DNA of 64,000 nucleotides from a virus: the IMG/VR virus record IMGVR_UViG_3300029813_000617, positions 1 to 64,000 of that record; one strand, written 5' to 3'. The notes below the pieces were generated by a model. That model was not told the origin of the DNA. It saw only the letters and a program-made list of their open reading frames with translations, and made no database searches. Shown here piece after piece: positions 9,400 to 19,450 of the stretch; the stretch's first letter is position 1; every line of letters begins with the position of its first letter. Both the position numbers and the translations under genes were made by a program.

Positions 9400-9951
9400 C
9401 TAGGCTCCCTGCCAGAAAGTGAGCTGTGTCACAACTTGCTCATCAGCGAAAGCCGCTTCCCACCCACCTTCTCTGTAGGTTCGAGTTAGTTTCAGGCGCT
9501 GAGATAGATAGCGTAGAAGTTCACGATTATATGTGGCATATACCACTATCCCCCGACCGCCTTCACCTTGACCTGCCTTAATCTCCCGAACCGCTCGCTT
9601 CCAAATTTCGAAATCCCTTTGTTTCTTCGCTCTTAAGGGATATCTCTCAAAAACTTCGACTAGGCGAATGTTGTCATCAATACGGCACACGGTGAACTGG
9701 GCACAAGGATTACTTCCTCCAGATACTGCTTTCCGAGTAATCGTTCCCATTCTCAGCTTCTCCTGTATCTCTAACAGGATTTCCAAGTCATCATCTCGCA
9801 ATGAAATGGCAAACTGAGCGCGCCAGTTCCCCCCTCTCGCTCCTCCATACGTCTGCTTAACAATCGTAAAGCTCCCCTCGCCTGCCGCGAATCCCGCAAA
9901 CCAGTCAAGGAAGCCGTCTTTGTTGAGTTCGTCTAGTTCAGACTTGGTCAT
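9400..9951 (-). CDS. Free-standing single-motif LAGLIDADG endonuclease
   Basis: WFAGFAAGEGSF...DD..IL..IQ..L.MG...YPLRAKKQRDF. Confidence 0.85.
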   Translation of the reverse strand: MTKSELDELNKDGFLDWFAGFAAGEGSFTIVKQTYGGARGGNWRAQFAISLRDDDLEILLEIQEKLRMGTITRKAVSGGSNPCAQFTVCRIDDNIRLVEVFERYPLRAKKQRDFEIWKRAVREIKAGQGEGGRGIVVYATYNRELLRYLSQRLKLTRTYREGGWEAAFADEQVVTQLTFWQGA

Positions 9952-9983
9952 TGTGAAACCCTTCTACTTTCCCAATCTAGGAT

Positions 9984-11672
9984 TTAAAGAGGATACGGTT
10001 GATTGGCGAACTCTACAGTCTCTCTGACTAGATCAGTAACTCCACCTACTCCATCGCTGACCTCAAAGAAATGCTTGGTCACATGGAGAACGTACATAAT
10101 TATCGGGTTCTTCTCGGTCTTACCACTCTTCCAAAAATCCTGATAGTCGTAGAGGTCTTTGGCATCACTGATCAGCAGAAAGTATTGGCCTGGCTTCCAG
10201 CCAGTAAGGGTATAGGTCGCAAAGGAACCTGAGCGGAAAGGCCAAGCGTAACGCTGCAAGAGATACTCCCCCATAGCTTCAATCGGGTCAATGGAGGATA
10301 CCCGGAGACTCGGAACCGAGATCATGAATTCATGAACTCCTGAAGAGTTCTCGCGGTCAGCCATGAACTCAATGCTGTAGATATCCTCATACATTGAGAT
10401 CTGGTCAGGCATAGCAGGATAGTACCAAGCTGTGACATCTCCCGCAGGCAAGTCGGTAGTCGGAAAACGCATACCCATGTTGAACAGGCAAACGAAAGCC
10501 TCTGGTGGATAGTCTGGAGGACCTTTGCCAACTAATGTCTCGGTTGCTCCATCAAGTGGATCCAATCTCACAATGCGAGTACCATGATCTAGTCCATTAA
10601 TTGGATCCTCGCCAACAACTTCGACTTCAGTATTTTCCCAATCCCAAGGTTCCTGGTAGAGTTTGTAGAAACTCTGGTTTGCCACGTTGGGATAAGGGCC
10701 ATCCTGATAGAGGATGTCACCCTTCTCTGAATAACCTTTGACATAGACCCTGTTCTTGATTTGGGTTGCATCCTCAGTTACCACTACGTTACCGATATCC
10801 AGGTTACCTACATCGTCCAAGTCGAGTTCATTTCCATAGCTGACATTCAGCGGCGAGGGATTCTCCTCGAGGGCAAAGAAATGGATCTCCTTATCAAAAT
10901 CCACATACCACTGATAATGACAGGCTTCTGAGACTTCATCCAGAACTGAGCTGAGAGGCACATAGTCGTAAGTCTCTGCAGCCACTGTAAAGCCGTTCTC
11001 GACGTGAGTGGTCCCAAAAGGAAAGGAAGGTAAATCTATTTGGATCCAGGCTATCAGAGCCTTAATTCGATCTCCTGCAAGCTCCGCGCCGCGCTCTACC
11101 GTTATGAGTTTGCGATCAAGCCAGCGAGTAAAATCTGTGCATTCACAGTGGTAGCGGGTCACATCAGGATTGAACGGGTCTTCTGTAGCAATGCCAATGA
11201 TGCCCTTGAAGTGAATAGTCCCACCAATCCTTACCAGGACAGGATTGCCACTCTTTGGCCTGTCAATAGTGTCAGGGACGAGGACATTCGGTATCTCGAC
11301 TAGAAAGTTGCAGGTATCACCGTGGGGTTCTAGCCCCTCAGTGATCTCGAGGCTGGAGAGATCCAGATAGGTTCGGTATTCAACTCCGTCTATTTCAAAC
11401 ATATTGGCTGGCTCCTCTTCGAAGTCTACCTCGAGGAGCAACTGAGTTGCGCGACGCTCCTCAGTCGCGTCCTGATCGACTTCGACCAGGATTTGCGTAA
11501 TGCGTCGGTCTGTGTCCTGGACCTGATCTACTTCTGCTAGAAGCTGAGTGACATGGCGATCTGTATCTTGCTCTTGGTCAACCTCGACCAGAACTTGAGT
11601 AATGCGACGACCTGTATCTTGTTCCTGGTCGATTTCTGCCAAGAGCTGTGTGATACGTCGTTCATCGCCCAC
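9984..11672 (-). CDS. Baseplate hub/tail-tip protein with five N-terminal 17-aa repeats
   Basis: Downstream of the tape measure; WYVDFDKEIHFF and IKNRVYVKG hub-like motifs. Confidence 0.7.
   Translation of the reverse strand: MGDERRITQLLAEIDQEQDTGRRITQVLVEVDQEQDTDRHVTQLLAEVDQVQDTDRRITQILVEVDQDATEERRATQLLLEVDFEEEPANMFEIDGVEYRTYLDLSSLEITEGLEPHGDTCNFLVEIPNVLVPDTIDRPKSGNPVLVRIGGTIHFKGIIGIATEDPFNPDVTRYHCECTDFTRWLDRKLITVERGAELAGDRIKALIAWIQIDLPSFPFGTTHVENGFTVAAETYDYVPLSSVLDEVSEACHYQWYVDFDKEIHFFALEENPSPLNVSYGNELDLDDVGNLDIGNVVVTEDATQIKNRVYVKGYSEKGDILYQDGPYPNVANQSFYKLYQEPWDWENTEVEVVGEDPINGLDHGTRIVRLDPLDGATETLVGKGPPDYPPEAFVCLFNMGMRFPTTDLPAGDVTAWYYPAMPDQISMYEDIYSIEFMADRENSSGVHEFMISVPSLRVSSIDPIEAMGEYLLQRYAWPFRSGSFATYTLTGWKPGQYFLLISDAKDLYDYQDFWKSGKTEKNPIIMYVLHVTKHFFEVSDGVGGVTDLVRETVEFANQPYPL
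11410..11660 (-). repeat. Five tandem 51-nt/17-aa repeats R(R/H)xTQ(L/V/I)LxE(V/I)D
   Basis: RRITQLLAEIDQEQDTG, RRITQVLVEVDQEQDTD, RHVTQLLAEVDQVQDTD, RRITQILVEVDQDATEE, RRATQLLLEVDFEEE. Confidence 0.9.
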
Positions 11673-11673
11673 A

Positions 11674-12699
11674 CTATCTTACCACCATCCCAACTTCGAG
11701 GTTGTTGATCTCGCTCTCTGTCCAAGCCGCTCCAGTAGCAGGACTGGTCTCCACGATTTCTGGATGGTAACTATAGTCCCGATCGTATCCAATGTCATCG
11801 CTTTGATAATCTACGCCAGCGATACGCAGTAGCCGAGCAAAGTTTCCATTTCCCGAGACCGTGTTAAGTGCCCGACAGAGCCACTGTACCGCCGTGACAC
11901 TAGCCATGAATCCAGATGCCACAGGCAAATCTTGCATCTTGTACGTATCTTTCCGATTTACAGTGGCCTCCTCAACATATGTGCCACCGTCATCAGGTGG
12001 TACTTCATCTACTGCTGCCCAGTTAGCACCTGCACTCGGAGTCAGCTGTGTGTAGTTGCCCGCCCCTGTTGGTACAAGACCTATGATGCCACCCTGACCG
12101 AGCCAGCTATTGTTTACATTGCCAGATGGATCATTAATGGCCAAGTCATCGTAATACCCAGTGCAGGGAGCATAGTAAAGGGAATAAGAAGTATCACCCA
12201 AAAGCACTGCCAATACTTCGTTGCTGTCTTTCTGCGTATCTCCCGAGAAGTCAATGACCAGTGTACCATCTATCTTGACCTGAACTATACCCCCAGTATT
12301 GTCTATGAATGCATGTATCTCAATACAGCACCAACTATTAGTGGGCACTATGCCACCACTGGCTATTTCTGTGTCGTTGTAATCTCCCCTCAGAACCAGG
12401 ATAACTTTGTCGGTGTATCGTACCTTGAAGGTAAGTACGTCATGCCCCATTTGATCAGTCAAGATACAGAATATACGATCCCTAGTACCATATCCTCCTG
12501 TCATATACAAGCCGATTCGCAAAAAGAGCTCCGTATAGCTATCCCCGAGGCCTATGCATGCCACATCATGAGTATAGTCTACATACAAAGAGTAGTTACC
12601 TGTTCTAGCCTGTGCAGCAGATATAGCAACAGAACTATAAGTGCGAGAGAAGACATCGAGGGAGCCTGCTTCGAGTCCTGACATCCATATCCTAGTCAT
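11674..12699 (-). CDS. Lectin (LamG/ConA-like) tail protein, paralogue 3
   Basis: MTRIWMSGLEAG...W.CIE...QVKIDG...YYDD...AWT...LEVGMVVR. Confidence 0.75.
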   Translation of the reverse strand: MTRIWMSGLEAGSLDVFSRTYSSVAISAAQARTGNYSLYVDYTHDVACIGLGDSYTELFLRIGLYMTGGYGTRDRIFCILTDQMGHDVLTFKVRYTDKVILVLRGDYNDTEIASGGIVPTNSWCCIEIHAFIDNTGGIVQVKIDGTLVIDFSGDTQKDSNEVLAVLLGDTSYSLYYAPCTGYYDDLAINDPSGNVNNSWLGQGGIIGLVPTGAGNYTQLTPSAGANWAAVDEVPPDDGGTYVEEATVNRKDTYKMQDLPVASGFMASVTAVQWLCRALNTVSGNGNFARLLRIAGVDYQSDDIGYDRDYSYHPEIVETSPATGAAWTESEINNLEVGMVVR

Positions 12700-13712
12700 C
12701 GGACCTTTACACCTATCTCCATGCCATCAACAGCAGCTTTTGTCCATGCACCCGGGCCAGCGTCTGGGTCTTTGTCAATGATCTCAGAATGGAAGTCATA
12801 GCTGACATCAATACCCATATCCGTTCCCTGATAGTCTGTGCCTCCAATGCGTAGGATGCGGGCAATTTTTGGATCGCCAGCAAGAACTGATCTTGCTCTC
12901 GCAATCCACTGTACAGCAGAAATAGTCCCTATGGTAGGCAAGCCTTCAGCTGTATAGCTGTCATGCTCATCGACAATTGAGCTAAAGATATAAGATGTGT
13001 CGTCATCTGGTGGCTTCTCATCTACGTCTTCCCAGTTGTCCTCTCCTGAGTCAGGTTCTAGATCTAGATCAGTACTGGCACCTGCGCCAGTAGGGAAGAT
13101 CGCCGGGATTCCCCCTCGGCCAATCCAGGAGTCATTGACACCACCCGAGACATCATTGAAAGCTATATCGTCGTAATATCCCCGAACCTCTCCAAGGAAC
13201 TCACGTCCCAGCATGAAAGAGCGAACATTAGCATTAGCTGTCCTCTGTGTATCACCTGAGAAGTCAATGACCAGTTTGCCATCAACCTTAAGCTGAAAGA
13301 TTCCAGCTGTATTGTCAACGACTAGTCGGAACTCTACGCAATGCCAGTGATTCTCATAGATTCTTCCACCTGTGCCAATAAGTGTGTCATTATAATCCCC
13401 GCGTCTGACCTGCATGAGTCCAATATCTTGCTGTAGTTGTATTAGGATTTGCTTACCACCAGCACTATCATATAACTGTATTAGTTCATTCCCATACGCT
13501 TCGGTAGTCATGTAGTAAGGTCGAAAGCAAACCCGACCAAAAACTTCTGAAATATTTGCGGGGAATGACGCATATACCTCAGCGTAACCATCAATTTTTA
13601 GTGAATAAGTACCCGTGCGGACCTGTACATCCGAGATCTCTGGTGCATAGGCCCAGCTGTCGAAGACCTCTATGTGTCCAGCCTCAAACCCTGACATCCA
13701 TATCCTTGCCAT
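12696..13712 (-). CDS. Lectin (LamG/ConA-like) tail protein, paralogue 2
   Basis: Likely start MARIWMSG at 13712 (TGATG overlap with the upstream stop); ends MEIGVKVR. Confidence 0.75.
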   Translation of the reverse strand: MARIWMSGFEAGHIEVFDSWAYAPEISDVQVRTGTYSLKIDGYAEVYASFPANISEVFGRVCFRPYYMTTEAYGNELIQLYDSAGGKQILIQLQQDIGLMQVRRGDYNDTLIGTGGRIYENHWHCVEFRLVVDNTAGIFQLKVDGKLVIDFSGDTQRTANANVRSFMLGREFLGEVRGYYDDIAFNDVSGGVNDSWIGRGGIPAIFPTGAGASTDLDLEPDSGEDNWEDVDEKPPDDDTSYIFSSIVDEHDSYTAEGLPTIGTISAVQWIARARSVLAGDPKIARILRIGGTDYQGTDMGIDVSYDFHSEIIDKDPDAGPGAWTKAAVDGMEIGVKVR

Positions 13713-14725
13713 CAGCGCACTTTTACCCCTACCTCCATGCCATTGACAGCAGCAACAAGCCATGCACCAGCAGCTTCGGGATCCTCATCGAGGACGTCAG
13801 TATAGTAGTCGTAGCTGACATCAATACTCTTGTCTGCCCCCTGATGATCCACGCCACCAACACGCAAGATGCGTGCAATCTTCGGGTCACCAGCAAGATC
13901 TGATCTCGCTCTGGCAACCCACTGCACAGCCAGGATAGTCCCTGTGGCCGGTAGATCTCCGGCTGTGTAACTGTCATGCTCGTCAATAACGGCGTCAAAG
14001 ACATACGATGTGTCGTCATCTGGAGGCACCTCATCCACATCTTCCCAGTTGGCTTCCCCTTCATCAGGGACCAAACCTAGATCAGTGCTAGCACCTGCAC
14101 CAGTAGGGAAAATAGTTGGTATGCCACCCCGACCAATCCAGGAATCATTCACACCATCTGCGACGTTGTTGAAGGCAATGTCATCGTAGTAACAGTGCAA
14201 AGAGGCTGATCCCCCATGTGGAGAGTCACCAAAACTGAAACTCTTAACATTTGCATTAGCAGAAGCTTGCGTATCGCCCGAGAAATCAATCACGAGCGTG
14301 CCATCTACCTTGAGCTGGAGAACGCCTGTGGTGTTATCAACTTTCAACCGAAACTCTATACAGTGCCAGCGATTCTGATGAATTTCACCATCTCTTCCAA
14401 GGATAGTATCATTATAGTCTCCACGTCTCACATCAATGGTATGGGTATTGCGATTCAGTGCGAGATAGCACTGGGCATTTCCTGCATCATCTTGTAGAGA
14501 TAGAATCGTATCTCCACCCCCAAAGGTACTACGAAATCCAAACCTAACAAAGATCTCGGCAACAGCAGCAGGCAATGCTGCACGTGCATAAGCATCGTAA
14601 TATGTACCTACACGAAGGGAATAGGAGCCAGTGCGTGCTTGGGCAGCGCTTACCTCGGCCTCATAGCAGCTGTCAAAGATGTCCAGATGCCCTGCTTCGA
14701 GACCTGACATCCAAATTCTTGCCAT
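13712..14725 (-). CDS. Lectin (LamG/ConA-like) tail protein, paralogue 1
   Basis: MARIWMSGLEAG...MEVGVKVR; directly after the tape measure stop. Confidence 0.75.
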   Translation of the reverse strand: MARIWMSGLEAGHLDIFDSCYEAEVSAAQARTGSYSLRVGTYYDAYARAALPAAVAEIFVRFGFRSTFGGGDTILSLQDDAGNAQCYLALNRNTHTIDVRRGDYNDTILGRDGEIHQNRWHCIEFRLKVDNTTGVLQLKVDGTLVIDFSGDTQASANANVKSFSFGDSPHGGSASLHCYYDDIAFNNVADGVNDSWIGRGGIPTIFPTGAGASTDLGLVPDEGEANWEDVDEVPPDDDTSYVFDAVIDEHDSYTAGDLPATGTILAVQWVARARSDLAGDPKIARILRVGGVDHQGADKSIDVSYDYYTDVLDEDPEAAGAWLVAAVNGMEVGVKVR

Positions 14726-14726
14726 A

Positions 14727-17700
14727 TTAGCCAATCCCTACAAAGCCAACTTGGAAACGTCTGTTGAGCTTACGAACAATTGCCTGGCCAACCTTGTCCG
14801 CGAGACGGTTTGCCATAGCGTCATCCAGGATATTGTTGTCAGTGACATACACATTGACGTTGATTGGTCTCTCCCCACCCATTCTATTAAGCGGAATCAC
14901 TGCTTCTCCTGCGTGCAAAAGCGCCAAGGTTGGCTTGCGGACTATACCACCGTGCTGCAAGCCCGTGATTCCGCCCCCAGCCCCAGTGACAGTAGGCGGA
15001 GTGAGGCTCGGCCAGACCACTCTGGGGCGAATCACGATATCGCCAATGCCCTCTTCGATGGAAGACCTAATCTTCTTACCTACTTCTTTGAGATAGTCCA
15101 GGAGGGTACTCAGTCTGGACTTGATGCCAGACTGGAAACGCTCGAGCAGACTAGTCCCCCACTCCTCGGCTAAAAGGTCAACTGTAAGGAGGCCAGTAAT
15201 CCCTGCAACAACAGTCTCTTCAAGGTACGGACGCAGAAAATCAATCCAACCTATTTCGACGCCACCCAAGAATCCAGGAGAGCCTCCACCTAAGGTGCGT
15301 TTCCCTGCACCTTCTGCCTCCCTTTCGAGATCTACAGTCTTGCTGGGTGCGAACAAGTCTTTAATCTGCCCTATCAACTGGCCGATTTTGAAAACTGCAA
15401 CGACTGGAGCTAGCGCGGGTGCCAACCAGGGAAATGCTATTGCTATCGGGAAAGCCCGACCAACTGCCTTTTCGACACCTTTAGCTGTCGCGATAACTGT
15501 GGGATCAAAGGCTGTCATAGCTGCCTTGAATCCTGTGAACATCGCTCCACCCAACGCCTTGCCAAGGCCAATGATGCGAGGTTCTTCTCCCTTTTCTGCC
15601 TCAAAAAGTATATCAATAGCAGACTGGAGAGCAGCTCCGAACAACCCACCAAGAGCAGCAGACAATCTGCCACCAGTCTCTGGGGTCTCGATGAATTTTA
15701 CGAACTCATCTATGATTGTGGCGACAAGGCTCACAAGAGCACCCGAGTCTATCAGAGACTCTCTCACTATCTCGAACACTGTAGCAAAGAACTTTGCAAG
15801 TGAACCAGCGATCCCCGAGAGATCAACTTTCTCAGGCAGAACAGGCATATATGGAACCGCCCAAAGATCGATAGGGACTTCTGGGGCACCTGTGATCGCA
15901 TCTGTAATTGCATTCAGAATGTCTGCGACAAACCCGACGATCTTCGGCTTATTCTTCTCTAACAGTTGAGTCAGGAAATCTAGACCTCCGACGATGATGC
16001 TACCAAAGATATCTATGATAGTCCCAATGATGCTTTGTCCCTCAGGAGATCCAAGTGCCTCCTTGAGCTTTATTCCAATTGCTCTGACAAGTTCCAATGC
16101 GAACGTTGCAAGTCTTTCCAAAAGGGGCGGCCTTACTTCGATTTCCATATCGCCTGGAAATATATCCCACCATTCTGGCACAGAGACTTTTTGAGGGCTT
16201 ATAAGTGCCTCTAGCGCATCAGCAAGCGCAGGCCCAAAGAAGTCCCTGGTCCACTTGAATACCTCTGTCTTGATAGCTGCTGAGCTTGGCAAGAGGAATG
16301 CGGCGAGCCCAGCCACAACGATGCCCAGAGCGGGACTGCCGAAGGCAGTAGCCACAGCGGCAATAAGCCCTATCACAAGGACACGGAGCCACTCCTCAGA
16401 GATGGCGTCTTTGAGTAATCCACCTAGTTGCTTTACTCCTCCCAGGACATCGCCAGCTGTGATGGCCTCCATTGCCTCATTAAGTCCATCGGTAACCTCG
16501 TCGGTGAGCTTTCTTTTCTCCCCAGGAGGATAGATTGCCATTAGGAGCCCTGTCGTTATCCCTGTTAGCAGGGCACCACCTATCTTTGCAAGAGCTTCCA
16601 GATATCTTCCAGACACGAGGTCTTCCCTGATTGCGTCAAGCAGTCCGAACCAAGCCTTCTGTAATCTTGGATCTGTGGAGAGTTTCCAGATGCCTGCTAC
16701 GAGTGCGATGGCTAGTCCTGCGAAGAGAGCGTTAACCGCTGTTCCCCACTCCTGCCCAAGGAGACTCGTAGCAATCGCACTAGCCAGCTTCGCACCAAAG
16801 AAGAGGGCAATTAGCCCAATAGCTGCAAGGAGAGCAGCGTAGAGCTGAGGGGGCAAGTTGGCAATAAAGTCCTTGGCTCCCTGGAGAAAGGCTGCCCAAT
16901 CCATTTCCTTGAGAGCCTGAGCCATCCTTCGTATAGAGTCCCAGAGAGGTTTGTTAACCTGAAGCCACTTCTTGAACCAGGCCCAAAGCCCCGCTACCGC
17001 CTTTAGAACCCGTCCAACAATCCAACCAAGTACTTTGAAAGCAGCAACGGCTAGGAAGATAGCTCCCACGAGGACTATCTTGATGCCGATCCACATCTCC
17101 CTTAAGGTCGGCATGAATTCGTCAAGTGCATCCTTCCAAGTCTGTAGGGCTGATGCCCAGAGGCCAGATGCCTTTACGAAATCTATGACCGACTTCGTGA
17201 GGTAGTAGATCTCCTGGCCTAACTTGACAATGAACTTTAGAATAGGAACAATAAAGTCCTTGATGAACGGAGTTGCAATTAGACTCAGGATTGACTTGCG
17301 AAGAATGCCTATTCGTGCTACCAGACTCTCATAGGTTCCAGCTTGCTCTTTCAGAGATCCTGTAAACCTGGTCTCGATTTGAGTGAGAAGGCCAGTTAGG
17401 GCTGCCTGCCTGCCCAAGAGGGTTAGACGCTTATCCTCAGCTTTGGTAACACGGATACCCCAACTCCATAGACTTGCAAGATTCGACTTCTCTTTTCCAA
17501 TCGCTGCAGACATAGCTGCTGCTGTCTCAGTAGCCTGCTTGGCATTCGCTGCAGCAAGATTCAAAGCTGCCTTCCAAAGCCTGGGGGTGACCTCAAAGTT
17601 CTCTGCAAGCTCCATCCAAGCCTCGGCGAGATCTTCCACTGTATAGCCAGTGCGAGCAGCCTCCTCACGGAAAAAGTCCATGCCACGTGCGGCCTCAGCC

Positions 17701-19448
17701 TGAGTGCCCACGAACCTTCTTATTCTGGCTGTGAGTTTGTCAATCTCCATTCCTTCTTCGAGAGCCGCTTTGGCCATCGCCTTTAGACTAGCAGCAACCT
17801 TTTTTACAGCTTGAGTTACTAACTGAGCAATGGCGTTCATTGTCTTATCGAAGAGCTGAAAAGCTTCATCTAGGATCCCGCTAACTACCTTGAAAGCCCC
17901 CTTCAGGATATTAGTTAGAAGGCGTACACCTCCCTTAGCAGCCTTCACCACAAGGGAGATGAGACCTTTGACAGCCTTCGCAACGAGGGAGACGAGGCTT
18001 TTGACGGCTCCAATTATGAGAGAGAAGAACCCTTTGACGAGTCCCACTCCGAGAGAGATCAATGTCCCCGCAGCCTTGGCTAGGAGACCAAAGGCGACTG
18101 TGAGAGCAGCTGTTGCAAAGACGAGCTTCGTCATCGAGAATCTGAGAAAGACGACATTGAATGCGAGTGATCGGAGATTGAGCGAGAGGATCGAGGAACC
18201 CATCATGAGGCCATGGGCAGCAGACTGAGCCAATCTTAGGGTGTCGATCTGCTCTTTAGTGCGAGGGATACCTGCGGCGATAGACCTATTGACCTGTCTC
18301 TGGGCTCCCTCCTGCTCTACCAAAGTTCTGTGAAGTTTCTCCAGTTCTGGGACCGCTGCACGAACTTGGTCAGCCATAGGCTTGAGTCCAAGTTTCCCTA
18401 GTTCTTCTGCAGTCACTGTAACCTGATTAAGAACTTGGAGCACTTTTATGGCCGTTGCTCTACCACCTTCTAGGCCAAGTAGAGCCTGCTGAAACTCCTT
18501 CAGGATTCCAGGTGCTACCCCCATTCGGTCAAGAGTTTCCTGTAGCGACCTAGCCATCGGCTTTATAGCATTTGAGACTATAGTTCGAGCAGTGGCCTCG
18601 GTGTCACTGAGGGCGCGGCGCATGCGAGCTAGTCTAGCAACTAGAGGCCTGGCCCATTCCTCAGTATACCCAAAGCCTCTACCTAGATTGCGAACTGTGC
18701 TCATCAACTCTTCAACTGTCCTGGAGGTGACCTTGCCTCCTGAGGCAAGTTTCTGCATGGCAGAGACAATACGATTGTAGGGATTCTCGATTGCCTTAAG
18801 TTCCGCCTTAAGCCCTGTAAGTTCATCTTTGAGATCCTTAACTCTACCCAAAGCTAGTACATCGAGGCCAGCCGCTTTGGCTCCTATCTGTGCAGCTGTA
18901 AGCTTCGCAGGAGGTGCTAAGGCCAGCTTCGCCAGAGCTTGCTGGATCTTAAGTTCAGCTCCTACTCTCGCAATGCTATCCTTGAGCATATTCATTCGGG
19001 TCACGATCACAGGATCAGCAGCTGCCCTGAATGCAACAAGGAATCGCTTGGCACCCATCTCTGCAGCCTGTTGACGAGAGGTCAAGACCAGGAGAGTTCC
19101 GCTCATCTTGCGCAAGACTTTGTCAAAATCTCGCATAGTCGCCGAGAGAGGCCCACTGACTTGCTTTGTAGTCTTGAGGGTAGCACGAAGAGCATCGAGG
19201 GCACTGACACTTACTCTTGCAGGATCGGAGAGTCTGAGCAGAGCTTTGGAGACATTGGCTATCGGCTGCGGGATCTTGGCAAGCGAGCCAACTATCTGGT
19301 TGATGGATTTCACCATCGGTGCGATGGCTCGCCGAGCTGACACTTGGGCTGCAGCGTTTATCTTGACCAGACCGTCTGCAATCTGGTCGAGGTTTCCTTC
19401 GCCTCTTGACGAGACGTCAAATTTGAGTCCAAAGATGCTGACTGGCAT
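14727..19448 (-). CDS. Tape measure protein
   Basis: 1573 aa, Ala/Leu-rich and helical; C-terminal GLQHGGIV..PTLALLHAGEAVIPL; downstream of the chaperone. Confidence 0.92.
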   Translation of the reverse strand: MPVSIFGLKFDVSSRGEGNLDQIADGLVKINAAAQVSARRAIAPMVKSINQIVGSLAKIPQPIANVSKALLRLSDPARVSVSALDALRATLKTTKQVSGPLSATMRDFDKVLRKMSGTLLVLTSRQQAAEMGAKRFLVAFRAAADPVIVTRMNMLKDSIARVGAELKIQQALAKLALAPPAKLTAAQIGAKAAGLDVLALGRVKDLKDELTGLKAELKAIENPYNRIVSAMQKLASGGKVTSRTVEELMSTVRNLGRGFGYTEEWARPLVARLARMRRALSDTEATARTIVSNAIKPMARSLQETLDRMGVAPGILKEFQQALLGLEGGRATAIKVLQVLNQVTVTAEELGKLGLKPMADQVRAAVPELEKLHRTLVEQEGAQRQVNRSIAAGIPRTKEQIDTLRLAQSAAHGLMMGSSILSLNLRSLAFNVVFLRFSMTKLVFATAALTVAFGLLAKAAGTLISLGVGLVKGFFSLIIGAVKSLVSLVAKAVKGLISLVVKAAKGGVRLLTNILKGAFKVVSGILDEAFQLFDKTMNAIAQLVTQAVKKVAASLKAMAKAALEEGMEIDKLTARIRRFVGTQAEAARGMDFFREEAARTGYTVEDLAEAWMELAENFEVTPRLWKAALNLAAANAKQATETAAAMSAAIGKEKSNLASLWSWGIRVTKAEDKRLTLLGRQAALTGLLTQIETRFTGSLKEQAGTYESLVARIGILRKSILSLIATPFIKDFIVPILKFIVKLGQEIYYLTKSVIDFVKASGLWASALQTWKDALDEFMPTLREMWIGIKIVLVGAIFLAVAAFKVLGWIVGRVLKAVAGLWAWFKKWLQVNKPLWDSIRRMAQALKEMDWAAFLQGAKDFIANLPPQLYAALLAAIGLIALFFGAKLASAIATSLLGQEWGTAVNALFAGLAIALVAGIWKLSTDPRLQKAWFGLLDAIREDLVSGRYLEALAKIGGALLTGITTGLLMAIYPPGEKRKLTDEVTDGLNEAMEAITAGDVLGGVKQLGGLLKDAISEEWLRVLVIGLIAAVATAFGSPALGIVVAGLAAFLLPSSAAIKTEVFKWTRDFFGPALADALEALISPQKVSVPEWWDIFPGDMEIEVRPPLLERLATFALELVRAIGIKLKEALGSPEGQSIIGTIIDIFGSIIVGGLDFLTQLLEKNKPKIVGFVADILNAITDAITGAPEVPIDLWAVPYMPVLPEKVDLSGIAGSLAKFFATVFEIVRESLIDSGALVSLVATIIDEFVKFIETPETGGRLSAALGGLFGAALQSAIDILFEAEKGEEPRIIGLGKALGGAMFTGFKAAMTAFDPTVIATAKGVEKAVGRAFPIAIAFPWLAPALAPVVAVFKIGQLIGQIKDLFAPSKTVDLEREAEGAGKRTLGGGSPGFLGGVEIGWIDFLRPYLEETVVAGITGLLTVDLLAEEWGTSLLERFQSGIKSRLSTLLDYLKEVGKKIRSSIEEGIGDIVIRPRVVWPSLTPPTVTGAGGGITGLQHGGIVRKPTLALLHAGEAVIPLNRMGGERPINVNVYVTDNNILDDAMANRLADKVGQAIVRKLNRRFQVGFVGIG

Positions 19449-19450
19449 AG

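Noticed and set aside
8092-9951. Group I introns or inteins hosting the LAGLIDADG ORFs
   Set aside because: Flanking genes are intact, there is no non-coding room, and no intein splice motifs are present.
11674-14725. DGR or shufflon explanation for the three paralogues
   Set aside because: No reverse transcriptase, template repeat, invertase or inverted sites in the window; all three are intact, coupled genes.
15121-15969. Long plus-strand ORFs opposite the tape measure (also 11932-12681 and 29455-30384)
   Set aside because: Antisense to well-supported genes, with no motifs or SD.
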